Of a stretch of 64,000 bases of DNA, positions 20,084 to 30,185 are shown in pieces. The number at the start of each line of letters is the position of its first letter. The stretch's first letter is position 1. Both the position numbers and the translations under genes were made by a program. Source of the DNA: Desulfobacterales bacterium (lineage in GTDB: Bacteria; Desulfobacterota; Desulfobacteria; Desulfobacterales; UBA2174); the NCBI GenBank assembly GCA_963668645.2, contig CAXXWC010000021.1:1504001-1568000 (forward strand), written 5' to 3'. The notes under the pieces were generated by a model. It saw nothing but the letters and a program-made list of their open reading frames with translations. It was not told the DNA's origin and ran no database searches.

Positions 20084-21124
20084 ATGCCATCGATTGCATT
20101 GAATTTCTGTACCTATTTCGACCGTCATTACCTCGACCGAGGCCTATTGCTCTATAGTTCCCTGCGCCAGCACTGTCCGGATTCCAAGTTATTCGTTCTT
20201 TGCCTTGACTCCTGGTGCAAAGCGATCCTAAGTTCACTCGCTTTAGAGGGATTGTACCCTATTGACTTAAACGATTTGGAACGGGACGATCCTGAACTCC
20301 TACATGTCAAGCCCACCCGTACCCTTATCGAATACTATTTTACCCTCACTCCCTGCTTCTTGCGATATCTATTGATGGGTCCGCATTCCTTGAACCACGT
20401 TACCTATCTGGATGCTGATCTCTATTTTTTTTCAGACCCCACTCCGCTCATCGCCGGACTTGCAGCGCATCAGATTGGAATTGTCCCCCACCGTTATAGT
20501 CCAGGCTTGAACGGATTGGAACGCTTCGGGCTTTTCAACGTGGCCTTCAACTATTTCAACCGCGGAGAATTATCCCTTTCATGCCTTGACAGGTGGCGCT
20601 GTCAGTGTCTGGCCTGGTGTCATGACCAGCTCGACGGTGAACGTTTTGCCGATCAAAAATATCTTAACGAATGGCCCCAACTTTATGGTGATCAAATCGT
20701 CATTCACCATCCTGGGGTGGATTTGGCGCCTTGGAATCTTGGCACCCACCATCTTGTCAAACAAGGCGAGCTGCTAATGGTTGATAACCAACCGCTCATC
20801 TGTTTTCATTATCATGGTATCTCTCGCCTCTTTGGAGCATGGTACGATTCTAACCTTCGTAAATATGGAAAAAAACCTTCAAAAATTATTAAGTCTTGCA
20901 TCTATCTCCCCTATGTTCATCGCTTGGATGACTTGCGTTGTCGCTATGGAAACATCATTAAGGGAAAATCAATTCGATATAATATGCCCATTATAAAATC
21001 TGGACAATCTTGTAATATTCTTACTCGTTATCTCTTAGACAAGCCAGCAGCTATGACCTTGACATTTCTCAGTGGCACACTTATTTATGCAGGTACTCGT
21101 TTTTTACCAAAGAATTATCCTTGA
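20084..21124 (+). CDS. Putative glycosyltransferase (GT-A, DxD)
   Basis: FCTYFD..YL.RGL.LY.SL, YLDADLYFF, DQKYL and LAPWN motifs. Confidence 0.75.
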   Translation: MPSIALNFCTYFDRHYLDRGLLLYSSLRQHCPDSKLFVLCLDSWCKAILSSLALEGLYPIDLNDLERDDPELLHVKPTRTLIEYYFTLTPCFLRYLLMGPHSLNHVTYLDADLYFFSDPTPLIAGLAAHQIGIVPHRYSPGLNGLERFGLFNVAFNYFNRGELSLSCLDRWRCQCLAWCHDQLDGERFADQKYLNEWPQLYGDQIVIHHPGVDLAPWNLGTHHLVKQGELLMVDNQPLICFHYHGISRLFGAWYDSNLRKYGKKPSKIIKSCIYLPYVHRLDDLRCRYGNIIKGKSIRYNMPIIKSGQSCNILTRYLLDKPAAMTLTFLSGTLIYAGTRFLPKNYP

Positions 21125-21297
21125 AAGTATTTATGCGTATCGTTTTAGAGCGCATGTAATTCTAATCAAGCCATTGTAAGTGGCGAAGTGATATAATTAG
21201 TTATTTGCCATCTGTTTCTGATTTTTTTTACCTCACCAAATCAGATGATTTGAAAATACTATTTTGAAATACTTACATATAACAACATTTATCATAA

Positions 21298-22062
21298 ATG
21301 GGCAGATATAACGTGCAGATATCAATCATAACCGTTGTTTTAAATGGTCGCGAATATATCGATAAAACTATTCAGAGCGTTATTGAACAAGACTATCGAC
21401 ACATTGAATACATTATAATTGATGGAGGATCTACAGATGGAACCATAGACATCATCAAACGCTATAGGGCAGGGATCTCTTGTTGGGTTTCTGAAAAAGA
21501 TGCCGGTATCGCTGATGCGATGAACAAAGGGATCCTCCACGCATCAGGACAATACATTCTTTTTTTACACTCTGATGACTACCTCTTATCTAATTCAAGC
21601 ATTCGTACTGCAAAGAATCAATTACAGAAGAATGCGGATTTCCATGCTTTCCCAATTTATTACGATATGGGTAGCCATCGAATTGTTCGTCGTTCTCGAG
21701 GTTTTAGCCCTTGGATCAATTTGAAAACCGGATTCTATCATCAAGGCTTATTCTTTCATCGCGATATCTTCAAACGTTTAGGAATGTACGACACTTCATT
21801 TAAGATTGCTATGGACTATGAATTTTTTCTTCGAGCCTATAGAGCCAACACCGTATTGTGCCTGCACCGGAATCCCCCTTTGGCTGTCATGAGAGATACC
21901 GGGATTAGTTCTCGAAGCGACTGGAATTCCTTGAAAACAAGATTCGATGAAGAAAAGAAAGCGCACTTTAAACACGCCAATTCACGCTTTATGAACTTTT
22001 TTTACCACAATTACTGGCTGTTATATAGCAATTATCGCCGCCTTCGAAATAATCTAAGTTGA
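21298..22062 (+). CDS. Glycosyltransferase family 2
   Basis: ISIITVVLN, IIDGGSTDGT, DAMNKG, LHSDD and DYEFFLR motifs. Confidence 0.93.
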   Translation: MGRYNVQISIITVVLNGREYIDKTIQSVIEQDYRHIEYIIIDGGSTDGTIDIIKRYRAGISCWVSEKDAGIADAMNKGILHASGQYILFLHSDDYLLSNSSIRTAKNQLQKNADFHAFPIYYDMGSHRIVRRSRGFSPWINLKTGFYHQGLFFHRDIFKRLGMYDTSFKIAMDYEFFLRAYRANTVLCLHRNPPLAVMRDTGISSRSDWNSLKTRFDEEKKAHFKHANSRFMNFFYHNYWLLYSNYRRLRNNLS

Positions 22063-22066
22063 TTCT

Positions 22067-23152
22067 TTAATTTCGTTGAGCGAATGTATTTATAATTGAC
22101 TTATATAACAATTTCCCTATCACTTCCCACTTCATTTCAGATGGGCAACTCGCAATTTCCGGTGCTCGAAGATGATGTTTGATCGCAACTTTCATAGCTT
22201 CAGAATTTGGTTTACAGACTGAAAACGCAATGGACCCAAAAATATTTCCATGTCCAGCTATGTCTGTCGCCACAACTGGCCTTTCGCATGCCATATACTC
22301 CGCAATTTTGCATGCGCCTGACATTCGGTTGAACAGGTCATCCGAATACGGAATTGTCACGACATCGCATGCTGCTATCCTTTCTGGTATAGCTTCCTGC
22401 GGAAGCACTCCATGGTAAATTATCCACGGCTCGTCAATGCTTACTCCGTTGACTGCTCCGGCGAGTAATAACCGCAATGAAGGACTCCGCTCCTTTAACT
22501 TTCGGCAAGCTTCAAGCAAGAGCGGGCCTCTCGTCGGTGTAATCGAACCAAAGTAACCAATGCAAACAAATGATTGATTTATTCCGAGCTTCTCTCTCGC
22601 CATCTTCTTGTCCATCGGCTTGAACAAATTAGAGTCTACTCCGTTATAGATTAGCAAGGTGTTTCGGTTAAATTGCACAAGACTATCCTGCAATGGTTTG
22701 CTGGCACAGAGCAACAAATCTGCATGCCTTACTGCAGAATGAAACATAGACTTCATTCCAGGGATTTTATTCCCGCGGAAGCTTGGATAGTAGTCATAGA
22801 CATCAAAAACGAATTGAGCCTTTAATCTCTTGGATAGAATTTTCCCCAGAAATCCGATATGGCTATCTCCGCTTGCCACTAAAACATCTGGAGCTTCGTA
22901 AGCAATTATTCTATATAGTTCGAGAACAATGCTTGGCAGGGACAATAAAGTGGCAGGAACGCTGCGAAAAACTACTCCGCTATCTTGTATCCTTCCGACA
23001 AACCGAGACCGATAATCGAGCGCTGAAACGCTCACTGCCATTCCCAATTTTACCAATTCTACTGGAAGGTGAAATAGCCTGCCGAAACGGTCCTTGAGAA
23101 GGTCCTTGTTAGTGTAATGTCGTTTACATAGAAAATGTACTTTTATCGGCAT
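22067..23152 (-). CDS. Glycosyltransferase family 4
   Basis: IYNGVDSNLF, GYFGS and KIAEYMACERPVVATD motifs. Confidence 0.88.
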   Translation of the reverse strand: MPIKVHFLCKRHYTNKDLLKDRFGRLFHLPVELVKLGMAVSVSALDYRSRFVGRIQDSGVVFRSVPATLLSLPSIVLELYRIIAYEAPDVLVASGDSHIGFLGKILSKRLKAQFVFDVYDYYPSFRGNKIPGMKSMFHSAVRHADLLLCASKPLQDSLVQFNRNTLLIYNGVDSNLFKPMDKKMAREKLGINQSFVCIGYFGSITPTRGPLLLEACRKLKERSPSLRLLLAGAVNGVSIDEPWIIYHGVLPQEAIPERIAACDVVTIPYSDDLFNRMSGACKIAEYMACERPVVATDIAGHGNIFGSIAFSVCKPNSEAMKVAIKHHLRAPEIASCPSEMKWEVIGKLLYKSIINTFAQRN

Positions 23153-23952
23153 TTTTTTGTTTTGCTCTTTCTCTTTTCAGCGATGAATACCATTTGATGA
23201 CAATGATAAGGATCAAAGTGCTCAAGAAACGGCTGTAAAAATTCAGGAAATGGGTACAAACCAAAACCATATCCTTTTACATTCGAAAAGCCAGCCATCT
23301 GAAGATATTTTCTCAATGCCCGAAAACTGAAAACGACAATATGGCGGTGATGCGGCCTGGTAGACTCTGAATCTGGTTGTAGCTCTTCGTTGCTGACTTT
23401 AAATACTTCCTGGCTTTTAATAAGCAGGTCGGAATCAGGATGCGGACCACTGGATGGCATTCTCCCTAACAAGATCAACAGAGCTGTAAAATAGGTGCTG
23501 ATGTTTGGTGTCAGCAGAACAAGCCGGCCTCCGGGCTTCAAAATACGCTGGCTTTCTATAATGAATCGACAAGGATTCAACAGGTGTTCTAAAACAGAAA
23601 GTGCATAAACGCAAGAGCAGCTTTCATCTTCTAATTGAATTTTTTCATTCAAATCATAACAGATGATGTTGATACCCTTAGCCTGCCCTGAAAATGCATC
23701 TTCTGGATTCCATTCTATGCCTTGATATTGATTAGCTGACAGCCCACAGCGCTCTGATAGAGTTTTGAAAGTTCCGCCATTACCTGCACCGCAATCAAGC
23801 ACTTTTGAATCCTCGCCGATACATTCACAAATCCCTCTATACGCCTTTTCGTATGCCTCCTCCATTGTTCTTTGATACAATCTTTTAAAATATTTTGATA
23901 ACAAAGTCTCCCTCTTTTCAAACCATTTTGGATTCCATTGCCCCTTCTTCAT
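23143..23952 (-). CDS. Class I SAM-dependent methyltransferase
   Basis: VLDCGAGNG, SVLEHL and ILKPGGRLVLLTPN motifs. Confidence 0.88.
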   Translation of the reverse strand: MKKGQWNPKWFEKRETLLSKYFKRLYQRTMEEAYEKAYRGICECIGEDSKVLDCGAGNGGTFKTLSERCGLSANQYQGIEWNPEDAFSGQAKGINIICYDLNEKIQLEDESCSCVYALSVLEHLLNPCRFIIESQRILKPGGRLVLLTPNISTYFTALLILLGRMPSSGPHPDSDLLIKSQEVFKVSNEELQPDSESTRPHHRHIVVFSFRALRKYLQMAGFSNVKGYGFGLYPFPEFLQPFLEHFDPYHCHQMVFIAEKRKSKTKKCR

Positions 23953-25156
23953 CGATTAAAAATCCAAGCAGCAGACAATATTGAACGGCGATAGTTCCCC
24001 AATCAAAACGATTCAGGGCATACTGTCGCCCCCTATTTCCCAATCGTCGTGCAAACGCCGAATCACCCAGGAGTCGAAGAATCGCTCTGGCAATTTCCTC
24101 GGAAGACTCCCGCCTCACCACCAGTCCCGTTTCCCCATCCTGAACAATATCACGCATCGCCGGTAGATCACTCACCACTACCGCGCATTCGCAACCCATG
24201 GCTTCGACAAGCACCAGCCCGAACCCTTCCTGATCCCCTCCCCTTCCCACAATCGACGGAAAAACCACCACCGCTGACTTACGATACAGGTCCGGCAATG
24301 AAGCCTGTGGCAAACCACCGAGGAAGCTGATGCTCGCCCCCACATTCAATTCCTGTACCAGTCTTTCCAGCCCCTCCCTTTCCGGCCCATCCCCCACGAT
24401 CAACAATCGCGCTTCAGGCTCGGCTTGGACCACTTCCGGCCAAGCTTCAATCAGATAACGGCATCCTTTTTTCTCCACTAGACGGCCGACGAACAGCACC
24501 TGTTTGGAATTCCGTTCCACATCACCAGGACAAAACCGGTCTGTCAGGTCCGTACCCATGGGAATCACGCGAATCTTTTCCGCCGGCACGCCGGTTTTGC
24601 AGACATCTTTAGCCATAGCACGGCTGACCACGGTCACGGCGGCGGATTTCGCAACGACTAGCTTGCGCAGCCGATCCATGACCCTTCCGCGCAGCCCATA
24701 AAGATCGCCGCCGTGGGACGTGGCAATGATCGGTATGTGGCTGCCGATGACGGCGCGGGCCACAATGGCACTCAACGCTTGGGGGATTAACCAATGGGCG
24801 TGGATAAGAGCAAATTTTTCTTGGCGCAGAAGTCGAATCGTTGACAGCACCTGGCCGCCCAACAGAAAAAGGACCAGCGGCCCCCAAGCCGGATTGCGCC
24901 GGATCCTCGCCAATATCCCCCCACCGCTGCCATAGGATAGTCGCTCCAGGGGTGCAAAACAATAGCGGAACCGCACCACGCGGATGCCGTCCATCTCCTC
25001 TTCGGTCCGGCTACCCGGAAAATGAGGGGCAAGAACTGTAATATCGAAGTCCCTGACTAGACGACGGCATAGATCGAACACGAACGGGGGATCCGTGTCG
25101 CCGCGCCAGCGGGGAAAAGTCGTGGTAAGGACAAGAATTTTGGATTTTGTTTTCAT
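23918..25156 (-). CDS. Glycosyltransferase family 4
   Basis: IHAHW, FVGRLVEKKG and EGFGLVLVEAMGC motifs. Confidence 0.93.
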   Translation of the reverse strand: MKTKSKILVLTTTFPRWRGDTDPPFVFDLCRRLVRDFDITVLAPHFPGSRTEEEMDGIRVVRFRYCFAPLERLSYGSGGGILARIRRNPAWGPLVLFLLGGQVLSTIRLLRQEKFALIHAHWLIPQALSAIVARAVIGSHIPIIATSHGGDLYGLRGRVMDRLRKLVVAKSAAVTVVSRAMAKDVCKTGVPAEKIRVIPMGTDLTDRFCPGDVERNSKQVLFVGRLVEKKGCRYLIEAWPEVVQAEPEARLLIVGDGPEREGLERLVQELNVGASISFLGGLPQASLPDLYRKSAVVVFPSIVGRGGDQEGFGLVLVEAMGCECAVVVSDLPAMRDIVQDGETGLVVRRESSEEIARAILRLLGDSAFARRLGNRGRQYALNRFDWGTIAVQYCLLLGFLIDEEGAMESKMV

Positions 25157-25384
25157 CCTCGGAACAGTGGCCGATTGTCCTTCAAATGAACGGAAAAATG
25201 AAAAATTTGCAGACTACTGAATAGACGAATTCCGGCTCTATTCTCTGTCTATCAGAATCAAAGGAGTTTTCCTGTAATTTCGGGAATATTACTCTCGAAA
25301 CTACAGAATCACACTAATTTCCCTTCCGCAGCCTTTGCCTCAACCAGCTGGCCGCTTTCCATCCCTATCACTTCCCCTTCCAGG

Positions 25385-26281
25385 TTACCGCTTTCCCTCT
25401 TCAGTCCGGTCGTCTCGCCGCTCACCGCGACGCTCGAAGCGCATCTGGGAGATCTGTTCGGAGACCATGCCGATCATGAAAATGGTCACCGCGGTGGTAA
25501 AAAGCAGGGCACTCATGTTGGTGAAACGGCCCTGGGTGGTGAAAGTGTACAAGTACCAGAGCAGCCCGGTCATGAACATAGTGAAACTGACCGGCAAAAA
25601 AACGCGAAAGGGTGAAAAGAGAGTGCAGATGCGGGTAATGATCATGAAAAAGCGCACCCCGTCCTTGAACAGGGAGATGCTGCTTTTTCCTGCCTGCCGC
25701 TTCCGGGTGCGAATCGGAACGTACCTGAGGCTCAACCCACTGCGCAGCACCGCCAGGGTCATGGTGGTGGGATAGGAGTAGGTGTTAGGCAAAAGATGGA
25801 TCAGGCTGCGGGCCACCGAAGCCTTGACCGCGCGAAATCCGCTAGTCAGGTCCTGGATAGGGAACTTGGCCACGTAGCCGGCGAAGCGGTTGTAAACCGC
25901 GTTTCCCAACGCCCGGCCCAGGGAGGCTTGGTCCTTGAATGAGCGGGCCCCCACCACAAGGTCGTAGGCCGGCAGGTGTTCGAGGAGCCGGGGGATGTCA
26001 TTGGGGTCGTGCTGGCCGTCTCCGTCCATGAAGACCAGAATCTTACCGGCAGCGTTGCGGATCCCGCTTTTGATCGCCGCCCCATTGCCGATGTTGTAAG
26101 GGTGGCGGTAGACTTCTGCCCCGGCGGCCCGGGCCGCCTCGGCGGTGTCATCGCTGGAGCCGTCGTCTATCACCAGGATCTGGAAATCCGGTCCCACGGC
26201 ACGGACCGCCGCCACCACGGCGCCGATATTCTGACCTTCGTTATAAGTTGGGATGATGACCGTAACTGAGGGGTGAGACAT
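25385..26281 (-). CDS. Glycosyltransferase family 2 (DPM1-like) with C-terminal TM helices
   Basis: VIIPTYNE, IDDGSSDDT, MDGDGQH and DLTSGFR motifs; GC-rich host-like codon usage. Confidence 0.92.
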   Translation of the reverse strand: MSHPSVTVIIPTYNEGQNIGAVVAAVRAVGPDFQILVIDDGSSDDTAEAARAAGAEVYRHPYNIGNGAAIKSGIRNAAGKILVFMDGDGQHDPNDIPRLLEHLPAYDLVVGARSFKDQASLGRALGNAVYNRFAGYVAKFPIQDLTSGFRAVKASVARSLIHLLPNTYSYPTTMTLAVLRSGLSLRYVPIRTRKRQAGKSSISLFKDGVRFFMIITRICTLFSPFRVFLPVSFTMFMTGLLWYLYTFTTQGRFTNMSALLFTTAVTIFMIGMVSEQISQMRFERRGERRDDRTEEGKR

Positions 26282-26375
26282 TGGGGTCCTTTAAAGCACG
26301 ATTCATTTGTAATGAGAACGCCATGCCAAATTCTCAAAAGCCTTTTGGCAAGCTCCAACCTCCTGGCATACTTTG

Positions 26376-27146
26376 TCAAATGGAAAATTGAAAACGCCGC
26401 TTCCCGGCCTCCCGTGGCGGGTCCTGCCCGGGAACGAAGGTCCATTCCCAGAAGCCGATCCGGCCCGCCCATTCCCAAAGTATCACTGTGGCCGAGCGGG
26501 TGCCGTAGGTCGGACTGACGATGAAGCGCGGAGCCAGGATCCGCTCCCATTCCAGGCCGATACCGGTGTCGGGCAGATCGACGTCAGCGGGCTGGCGCCG
26601 ATCGCAAAGCAGATTGAGCAGATTCTCAGGCGTAACACCATCTTCGGTCAACAGTCGCTCCAGCCCGACTCTTCCTCCGGCCACCTTTGACCAGGGAGTA
26701 TCCAAAAGATGGTTGCTCAATCCATGGACCCCGGGCGCAACCTCGCGAACCGGCCCGTTTCGGCTGCCAAGATAGGCCATTTGTTGCGGGTCGGCAGCTA
26801 AGAGGTTAAACCCGTTGTATTGCCCGCAACGGCTGTGAACGGATTCGAGATAGGCACCGAGGCTTTCCCGGCCATCGACGAATTCGGCCACCAGTTCGCC
26901 CCGGGAGCGGGCCTTGGGGTTGTGAGCCGCAGGATCCCGATAGTTGGTAACCGCTGCCAGACGCCCGCTGCGGCTCACCGCCAGCCACGTGCCGCCGGCT
27001 GCCAGATCCCGCCCCCCCAAAACCAGCGGCCGGTCAGGCCAATAGCCGGCAGCCAGGCTCGCACGAGCGTAAAATTCATCCCTATTGGCGGCCAGGATCA
27101 GACGGTATCGCGGATGGCAATCGTAGGCCCAGACAATCAGGCACAT
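26376..27146 (-). CDS. NRDE/TANGO2 family protein
   Basis: MCLI..., AANRDEFYAR, GGTWL, TNYR, YNGFNL, LSN and YGTRS motifs. Confidence 0.93.
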   Translation of the reverse strand: MCLIVWAYDCHPRYRLILAANRDEFYARASLAAGYWPDRPLVLGGRDLAAGGTWLAVSRSGRLAAVTNYRDPAAHNPKARSRGELVAEFVDGRESLGAYLESVHSRCGQYNGFNLLAADPQQMAYLGSRNGPVREVAPGVHGLSNHLLDTPWSKVAGGRVGLERLLTEDGVTPENLLNLLCDRRQPADVDLPDTGIGLEWERILAPRFIVSPTYGTRSATVILWEWAGRIGFWEWTFVPGQDPPREAGKRRFQFSI

Positions 27147-27586
27147 AAAAAGGCAGCCTTATATGTAATCGGTGAAACAGCGCCGCGTCATTCCGGACGC
27201 TCACCATGCCGGATTTCAACCTATCGAAAAGATATGAAGAATTCAAGACTTACCCTTTTGGTCCGGCAATTCCCCGTAAAATCGATGCACACACCGAAAT
27301 TTGCACCTTCTGGCCAGTCCTTCCTCGCTTCGCCCCTCCTTTTCGCATGCCCTTCCATACCCTTCCCCACGCATCGGGACGGTCTGAATTAAAACCCGAA
27401 AAAAGCCTCGTGACTTTCCTGTTATTTTTAGCTATCCTTGTCACTTCCATAAACGACCAAAAATAACATATTGCAGCAAAACAGTACCCTTGCCGCTTTG
27501 GACTCTCATCTACACCTCCGGCTCTCTTCTCACGGCAGGGACCGTTTCAGGTCTTTTTTCAGACACAAAACAAAGGAGGAGCATCT

Positions 27587-29329
27587 ATGGACAAGATTCT
27601 GCGCATCGACATGGGAGCCGATGGCGGTCCGGCCATTCGCACCGAGCCCCTGGGGGATTACGCCGGTTTGGGAGGCCGGGCCATGACTTCGGCCATCGTG
27701 GCCAAAGAGGTACCCCCCACCTGCCATCCACTGGGTGAGCAAAACAAACTGATCATCGCCCCGGGCCTGCTCAGCGGTTCGGCCGCAGCCCAATCCGGTC
27801 GCATTTCAGTGGGATGTAAAAGCCCGCTGACCGGCGGGATCAAGGAGGCCAACTCCGGCGGCCAGGGGGCCCAGGTGCTGGCCCGTCTTGGCTACGCGGC
27901 CATCGTCCTGGAGGGCAAGCCGGCCGACGATACCCTCTACAAGGTCTTTATCAATGCGGAAAGTGTCCGCATCGAGGCCGACAACAGTCTCAAGATGCTC
28001 GGCAACTACGCCCTGGTGGACAAGATGAAGGCCGCCTACGGGGATAAAATCACCTGCATCTCCATCGGCCCGGCCGGCGAAATGAAAATGGGCGCCGCCA
28101 CGGTGGCTTTTACCGACATGGAGCTGCGCCCCACCCGGCATGCCGGCCGCGGCGGTGTCGGGGCAGTGATGGGGGCCAAAGGGGTCAAGGCCATCGTCCT
28201 GGACGATACCGGGTGCAAAATGCGCGCTCCTGCCGATGCGGAAAAATTCAAGGCTGCCAACAAGGAATTCGTCGCCGGCCTGAACAAGCACCCTGTTTGC
28301 GGCCAGGGCCTGCCTGCTTACGGCACCAACGTCCTTACCGGAGTGCTCAATGAAGCCGGGGCTTACCCGACCAACAATTTTTCCACCGGTCGTTTCGAAG
28401 GCTTCGACAAGATCAGCGGCGAGGCCCTGGCTGAACTGGAAAAAAGCCGGGGCGGTGAAAATGCACCGACCCATGGCTGCCACCGGGGCTGCGTGATGAA
28501 GTGTTCCGGGACCTTCTACGACAAGAACGGCAACTTTCTGACCAAGCAGCCCGAGTACGAAACGGTATGGGCCCATGGAGGCAACTGCGGCATCAATGAC
28601 CTGGACGTCATCGCCCAGATAGACCGCATAGATGACGATTTTGGACTGGACACCATCGAAATGGGCGCCACCATCGCGGTGGCCATGGAAGCCGGACTGG
28701 CCAACTTCGGCGATGCCGAGGCAGCCACCCGTATGGTCAAGGAAGTGGGTCAGGGCACCCCTCTGGGCCGTATCCTGGGCGCCGGCGCTGCGGTAACCGG
28801 CCAGGTGTTCGGGGTCGAGCGGGTCCCGGTGGTCAAGGGCCAGGCCATGCCGGCCTACGATCCGCGTGCGGTTCAGGGGGTCGCCGTAACCTACGCGACC
28901 AGCCCAATGGGGGCAGACCATACCGCCGGATACGCCGTGACGGCCAACATCCTGGGTGTCGGCGGCAGTGTCGATCCCCTCAAGCCCGACGGCCAGGTGG
29001 AATTGTCGCGCAATCTGCAAATCGCCACGGCGGCCATCGATGCTACTGGCATGTGCGTGTTCATCGCCTTTGCCATCCTGGACCAGCCCGAAACATTCCA
29101 GGCCATGCTCGATCTGATTTCCGGCTTCACCGGGCAGCCCTTGACTGCAGACGACGTCACCGCACTGGGAAAGCAGATCCTGACCTGGGAGCGCGATTTC
29201 AACCGGGCCGCCGGGTTCACCGCAGCCCACGACCGGCTTCCAGGCTACTTCCTGCGCCAGCCGCTGGCGCCCCATAACGTGGTCTTCGCCGTTTCGGACG
29301 AGGAACTCGATCAGGTCTTCAACTGGTAG
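27587..29329 (+). CDS. aor: Aldehyde:ferredoxin oxidoreductase (tungsten AOR family)
   Basis: KSPLTGGIKEANSGG, GRGGVGAVMG, C-x2-GC-x3-C, PEYET, GLDTI and GADH motifs; AGGAGG RBS. Confidence 0.93.
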   Translation: MDKILRIDMGADGGPAIRTEPLGDYAGLGGRAMTSAIVAKEVPPTCHPLGEQNKLIIAPGLLSGSAAAQSGRISVGCKSPLTGGIKEANSGGQGAQVLARLGYAAIVLEGKPADDTLYKVFINAESVRIEADNSLKMLGNYALVDKMKAAYGDKITCISIGPAGEMKMGAATVAFTDMELRPTRHAGRGGVGAVMGAKGVKAIVLDDTGCKMRAPADAEKFKAANKEFVAGLNKHPVCGQGLPAYGTNVLTGVLNEAGAYPTNNFSTGRFEGFDKISGEALAELEKSRGGENAPTHGCHRGCVMKCSGTFYDKNGNFLTKQPEYETVWAHGGNCGINDLDVIAQIDRIDDDFGLDTIEMGATIAVAMEAGLANFGDAEAATRMVKEVGQGTPLGRILGAGAAVTGQVFGVERVPVVKGQAMPAYDPRAVQGVAVTYATSPMGADHTAGYAVTANILGVGGSVDPLKPDGQVELSRNLQIATAAIDATGMCVFIAFAILDQPETFQAMLDLISGFTGQPLTADDVTALGKQILTWERDFNRAAGFTAAHDRLPGYFLRQPLAPHNVVFAVSDEELDQVFNW

Positions 29330-29350
29330 TTTACGGTTCAACATCCGCTT

Positions 29351-29387
29351 CAACGGGGAATCGCGGCGGCGGTTCCCCGTTGGTTTT
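29351..29387 (+). terminator. Intrinsic terminator after aor
   Basis: CAACGGGGAATCGC-loop-GCGGTTCCCCGTTG followed by GTTTT. Confidence 0.6.
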
Positions 29388-29404
29388 ATCCTTGGGATCA
29401 TTCC

Positions 29405-30022
29405 ATGACCTGCAATCCAAAATGCCGCCTGCAAAGAGTCGAGCTGACGGTTTCAAAGACCGATCTCTGGCTTTTTTCCGCCCTGCTGCGCCGCGGATTC
29501 CACCTTCGCACACCTCTTCCGTGCAGTCTCGAAGCTCTGCTTTGCATACAGCTCGAGATCCCCCGTGATTACGTCACCCAGCGGGTGCAGACCATTTTTC
29601 TCAATGGCCGGGCGGTGGATACGATCTGCTCCGCACTGGTTGCCGACGGCGCTGTGGTGACCCTTTCGGCAGCCATGCCCGGCCTTGTTGGAGCCACATT
29701 GCGACGGGGCGGCAGGCTGACTTCTTTGCGCAGCAGCATCTCGCACCGAAGCGATGGTTCAAGCGGCCAGGAAACCGCCATAGGCAAAGTAACGGTAAAA
29801 TTCTTCAACCTGATCTGCGATGAGCTGGGGCCGTCGTTTCTCGCTCGCGGGATCTGCCTGGCGCCCGGAGCTTTCAGTGACTTTTTGGCCGACCGCTGGG
29901 CTGAAATCGCTCCGGCCTGCCGGTCCGTTCGGGTCGATGGCAGCCTTTGGCGGTCCGATTCCCTGCCCGAGGCGATAGACCCCGGAGAGCCGATCAATCT
30001 TAGCGTCTGCACGTTCGAATAA
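29405..30022 (+). CDS. Conserved-looking hypothetical protein with an internal MoaD/ThiS-like segment
   Basis: VQTIFLNGRAVD...VADGAVVTLSAAMPG resembles the beta-grasp end of MoaD; lies directly after aor. Confidence 0.6.
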   Translation: MTCNPKCRLQRVELTVSKTDLWLFSALLRRGFHLRTPLPCSLEALLCIQLEIPRDYVTQRVQTIFLNGRAVDTICSALVADGAVVTLSAAMPGLVGATLRRGGRLTSLRSSISHRSDGSSGQETAIGKVTVKFFNLICDELGPSFLARGICLAPGAFSDFLADRWAEIAPACRSVRVDGSLWRSDSLPEAIDPGEPINLSVCTFE

Positions 30023-30185
30023 TCCCGCCGGGCTGTCTTTAGCCTTTACACCGATTCAACTAATACCCCCTTCGCCTTGACCCCTTCTTGACATAACGCT
30101 ATAGACAACCGACGCCGTTTCACCGTCTCGATTCGACGCCACCGCCACCCATTATCCACCTTAAAAGCCGAAACAATGGGAGTTT

